A stretch of 61,713 nt of DNA, filler included. It is 8 parts of 8 records of this genome, joined end to end, with 100 filler letters (N's around TTAATTAATTAA, not from the genome) between each part and the next. Parts side by side here need not be neighbours in the genome. Positions count along the whole stretch, not along the records: positions 55,805 to 61,713 come from SRR31156797_37847; 7 more parts are not named here. One strand, given 5' to 3'. How positions within the stretch are numbered: the stretch's first letter is position 1; every line of letters begins with the position of its first letter. Position numbers and translations under genes: made by a program. Positions 60,096 through 61,713 of the stretch are shown here, in pieces. The notes beneath the pieces are model-generated. The model did not search any database, was not told where the DNA came from, and saw only the letters and a program-made list of their open reading frames with translations.

Positions 60096-60929
60096 ATGAC
60101 ACAAAATATCCAGAGTGCAGAGGACCTGTTAAAAAAACCTGAAGAACCAAAGCTTATCAGAAACATGAGAGCTATCAAGAAGAAGATAATGGTAATGAGT
60201 GGTAAAGGGGGAGTTGGCAAAAGCACTGTGGCAGCCAACCTTGCAGCAAGACTTGCAGAACGCGGACACAGGGTGGGCCTTCTGGATGCCGACATACACG
60301 GACCAAGTATCCCGAAGATGTTTGGGATCGAGGATAACAGACCTACTGTGGACGAGAATGGGATCGTACCTATCAGTGTCACCGAGAACCTCTCTGTGAT
60401 GTCAGTGGCACTTCTCCTTGAAGATAAGGATGCACCAGTAATCTGGAGAGGACCTGCAAAGATGGCAGCCATCAAGCAGTTCCTTGAAGATGTCTCATGG
60501 GGCGATCTTGAATATCTCATCGTAGATCTTCCACCAGGAACAGGAGATGAACCACTCAGCATTGCACAGCTCATCGAAAAGATGGAAGGTGCGGTTGTTG
60601 TTACAACGCCACAGGACATTGCGCTTGTAAGTGTCAGGAAATCCATCAAATTCGCAGAGATCCTCAAAGTACCTGTTATCGGTATCGTCGAGAACATGAG
60701 CGGAATAGTCTGCCCGCACTGTGATGAGATGATAGACATATTCGGCAAAGGCGGCGTGGAGAAAGCATCCACTGATTTCAATGTCCAGATCCTTGGAGAG
60801 CTCCCAATGGACCCTAAGATCGCAGAGATTGAAGACAGCGGAAAGGTCCACACAGATATCAATGAAGAAATGCTCTGGGGCAAAAGTTTTGCTTCAATTG
60901 TCGATTCTATAGAACAATTCAAAAAGTAA
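60096..60929 (+). CDS. mrp: Mrp/NBP35 (ApbC) Fe-S cluster carrier ATPase
   Basis: Motifs SGKGGVGKST, DADIHGPS, WRGP, DLPPGTGD and ENMS..VCPHC. Confidence 0.94.
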   Translation: MTQNIQSAEDLLKKPEEPKLIRNMRAIKKKIMVMSGKGGVGKSTVAANLAARLAERGHRVGLLDADIHGPSIPKMFGIEDNRPTVDENGIVPISVTENLSVMSVALLLEDKDAPVIWRGPAKMAAIKQFLEDVSWGDLEYLIVDLPPGTGDEPLSIAQLIEKMEGAVVVTTPQDIALVSVRKSIKFAEILKVPVIGIVENMSGIVCPHCDEMIDIFGKGGVEKASTDFNVQILGELPMDPKIAEIEDSGKVHTDINEEMLWGKSFASIVDSIEQFKK

Positions 60930-61052
60930 TTTCAAATTTTTATTTCGGAAGATATCACCTCTTCCGTCTCAACTTTCCCGTTTTTTACATCTGGATTAGA
61001 TAGGATTCTAATCTTCAATTAGTATTTATACTAACAAAACAGACATTTCTGC

Positions 61053-61713
61053 ATGGAAGTGGGAAGCTATAAAAAAGTGGATAGACTTGACTTTAGAAAT
61101 CCGACAGAACTCATAGACGATGTCCTCCTGAACAATAGCTGGTTGCTCAAAGAGAATTCAAACACACGTCTGAGTCCATCTGTTGTTGACCTGCATATTG
61201 CATCCCAGGTGAAGAAACAATATGCACTTAAGAAACTCTATTCAAGCGAATCTGCATGGGCACATAAAGAAGGGCTTATTCATATTCATGACCTTCACAG
61301 CCCGTTCACGCCATATTGTAATGGAATTGATGCAAGAATTTTCCTTAAAGACGGACTACGCTTTCCGGATACCACAAGCCATCCGGCAAAACGTTTTGAA
61401 TCTGCTCTTTACCATGCAATGTCCTTTATGGTGCACTCACAACAATTTTTTGCAGGAGCACAGGCCATTGATATGCTTAACTGGATGCTTGCCCCTCATC
61501 TTCATTTTGACAATATTGGTGAAAAACAGCTCAAACAAATTGTCAAGGGATTCATGTTCCAGATGAACCAGTCCAACCGCATAGGTGCCCAGAGTGCATT
61601 TACAAATATTGGCCTGCGAATCACATGCCCACCCATCCTTGCAGATCAGAAAGCCGTCTTTGCAGGAAAAGAGCTTGAGGATAAATACAGCTATTTTGAG
61701 AAGGAGGCAAGGA
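61053..61713 (+). CDS. nrdD: Class III anaerobic ribonucleotide reductase large subunit, N-terminal part (not in ORF track)
   Basis: Open frame MEVGSY...KENSN...AHKEGLIHIHDL...PYC...PAKRF...FAGAQA...QSAFTN running to the window end. Confidence 0.9.
   Translation, partial: MEVGSYKKVDRLDFRNPTELIDDVLLNNSWLLKENSNTRLSPSVVDLHIASQVKKQYALKKLYSSESAWAHKEGLIHIHDLHSPFTPYCNGIDARIFLKDGLRFPDTTSHPAKRFESALYHAMSFMVHSQQFFAGAQAIDMLNWMLAPHLHFDNIGEKQLKQIVKGFMFQMNQSNRIGAQSAFTNIGLRITCPPILADQKAVFAGKELEDKYSYFEKEAR

Overview
This window is not one genomic locus. It is eight unrelated contigs joined by seven identical 100-bp artificial linkers (N44-TTAATTAATTAA-N44). Taxonomic guesses below come from gene content and base composition. 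(1) 1-5541, Desulfobacterota-like: wbpB-wbpD-wbpE sugar genes, a reversed motB-motA pair, a GT2 and the start of trkA. (2) 5642-12770, AT-rich anaerobe: PhnP-like MBL, DUF523, SDR, nitroreductase, GNAT, Cache-GGDEF, an MNT-HEPN fusion and an agmatine deiminase tail. (3) 12871-24993, Desulfobacterota-like: a TetR-headed two-component operon with an internally deleted response regulator, then purB, lgt, ilvD, a kinase, a VOC protein and an acyl-CoA dehydrogenase. (4) 25094-31118: holB-ricT-metG-trkA-trkH followed by GTAG-type REPs. (5) 31219-37908, spirochaete-like: two YncE-type beta-propeller paralogues bracketing YARHG and orphan genes. (6) 38009-46406, Campylobacterota-like: a defence islet of a frameshifted EcoRI-family methylase, a DUF262-HNH nuclease and yhcG. 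(7) 46507-55704, Clostridia-like: two partial tRNAs, nfeD-flotillin, yabPQ, an orphan RND pump with a membrane LuxR regulator, and proA. (8) 55805-61713, Methanosarcinales-like archaeon: a NifX/ATPase/DUF134/Mrp (Orp-like) cluster and nrdD. The best candidates for new biology are the methylase/DUF262-HNH/YhcG islet (a slippery-site frameshift and in-frame palindromic sites inside yhcG), the atypical motB-motA motor, and the beta-propeller-bracketed YARHG cassette. All family calls are motif recognition by eye; no database search was run.
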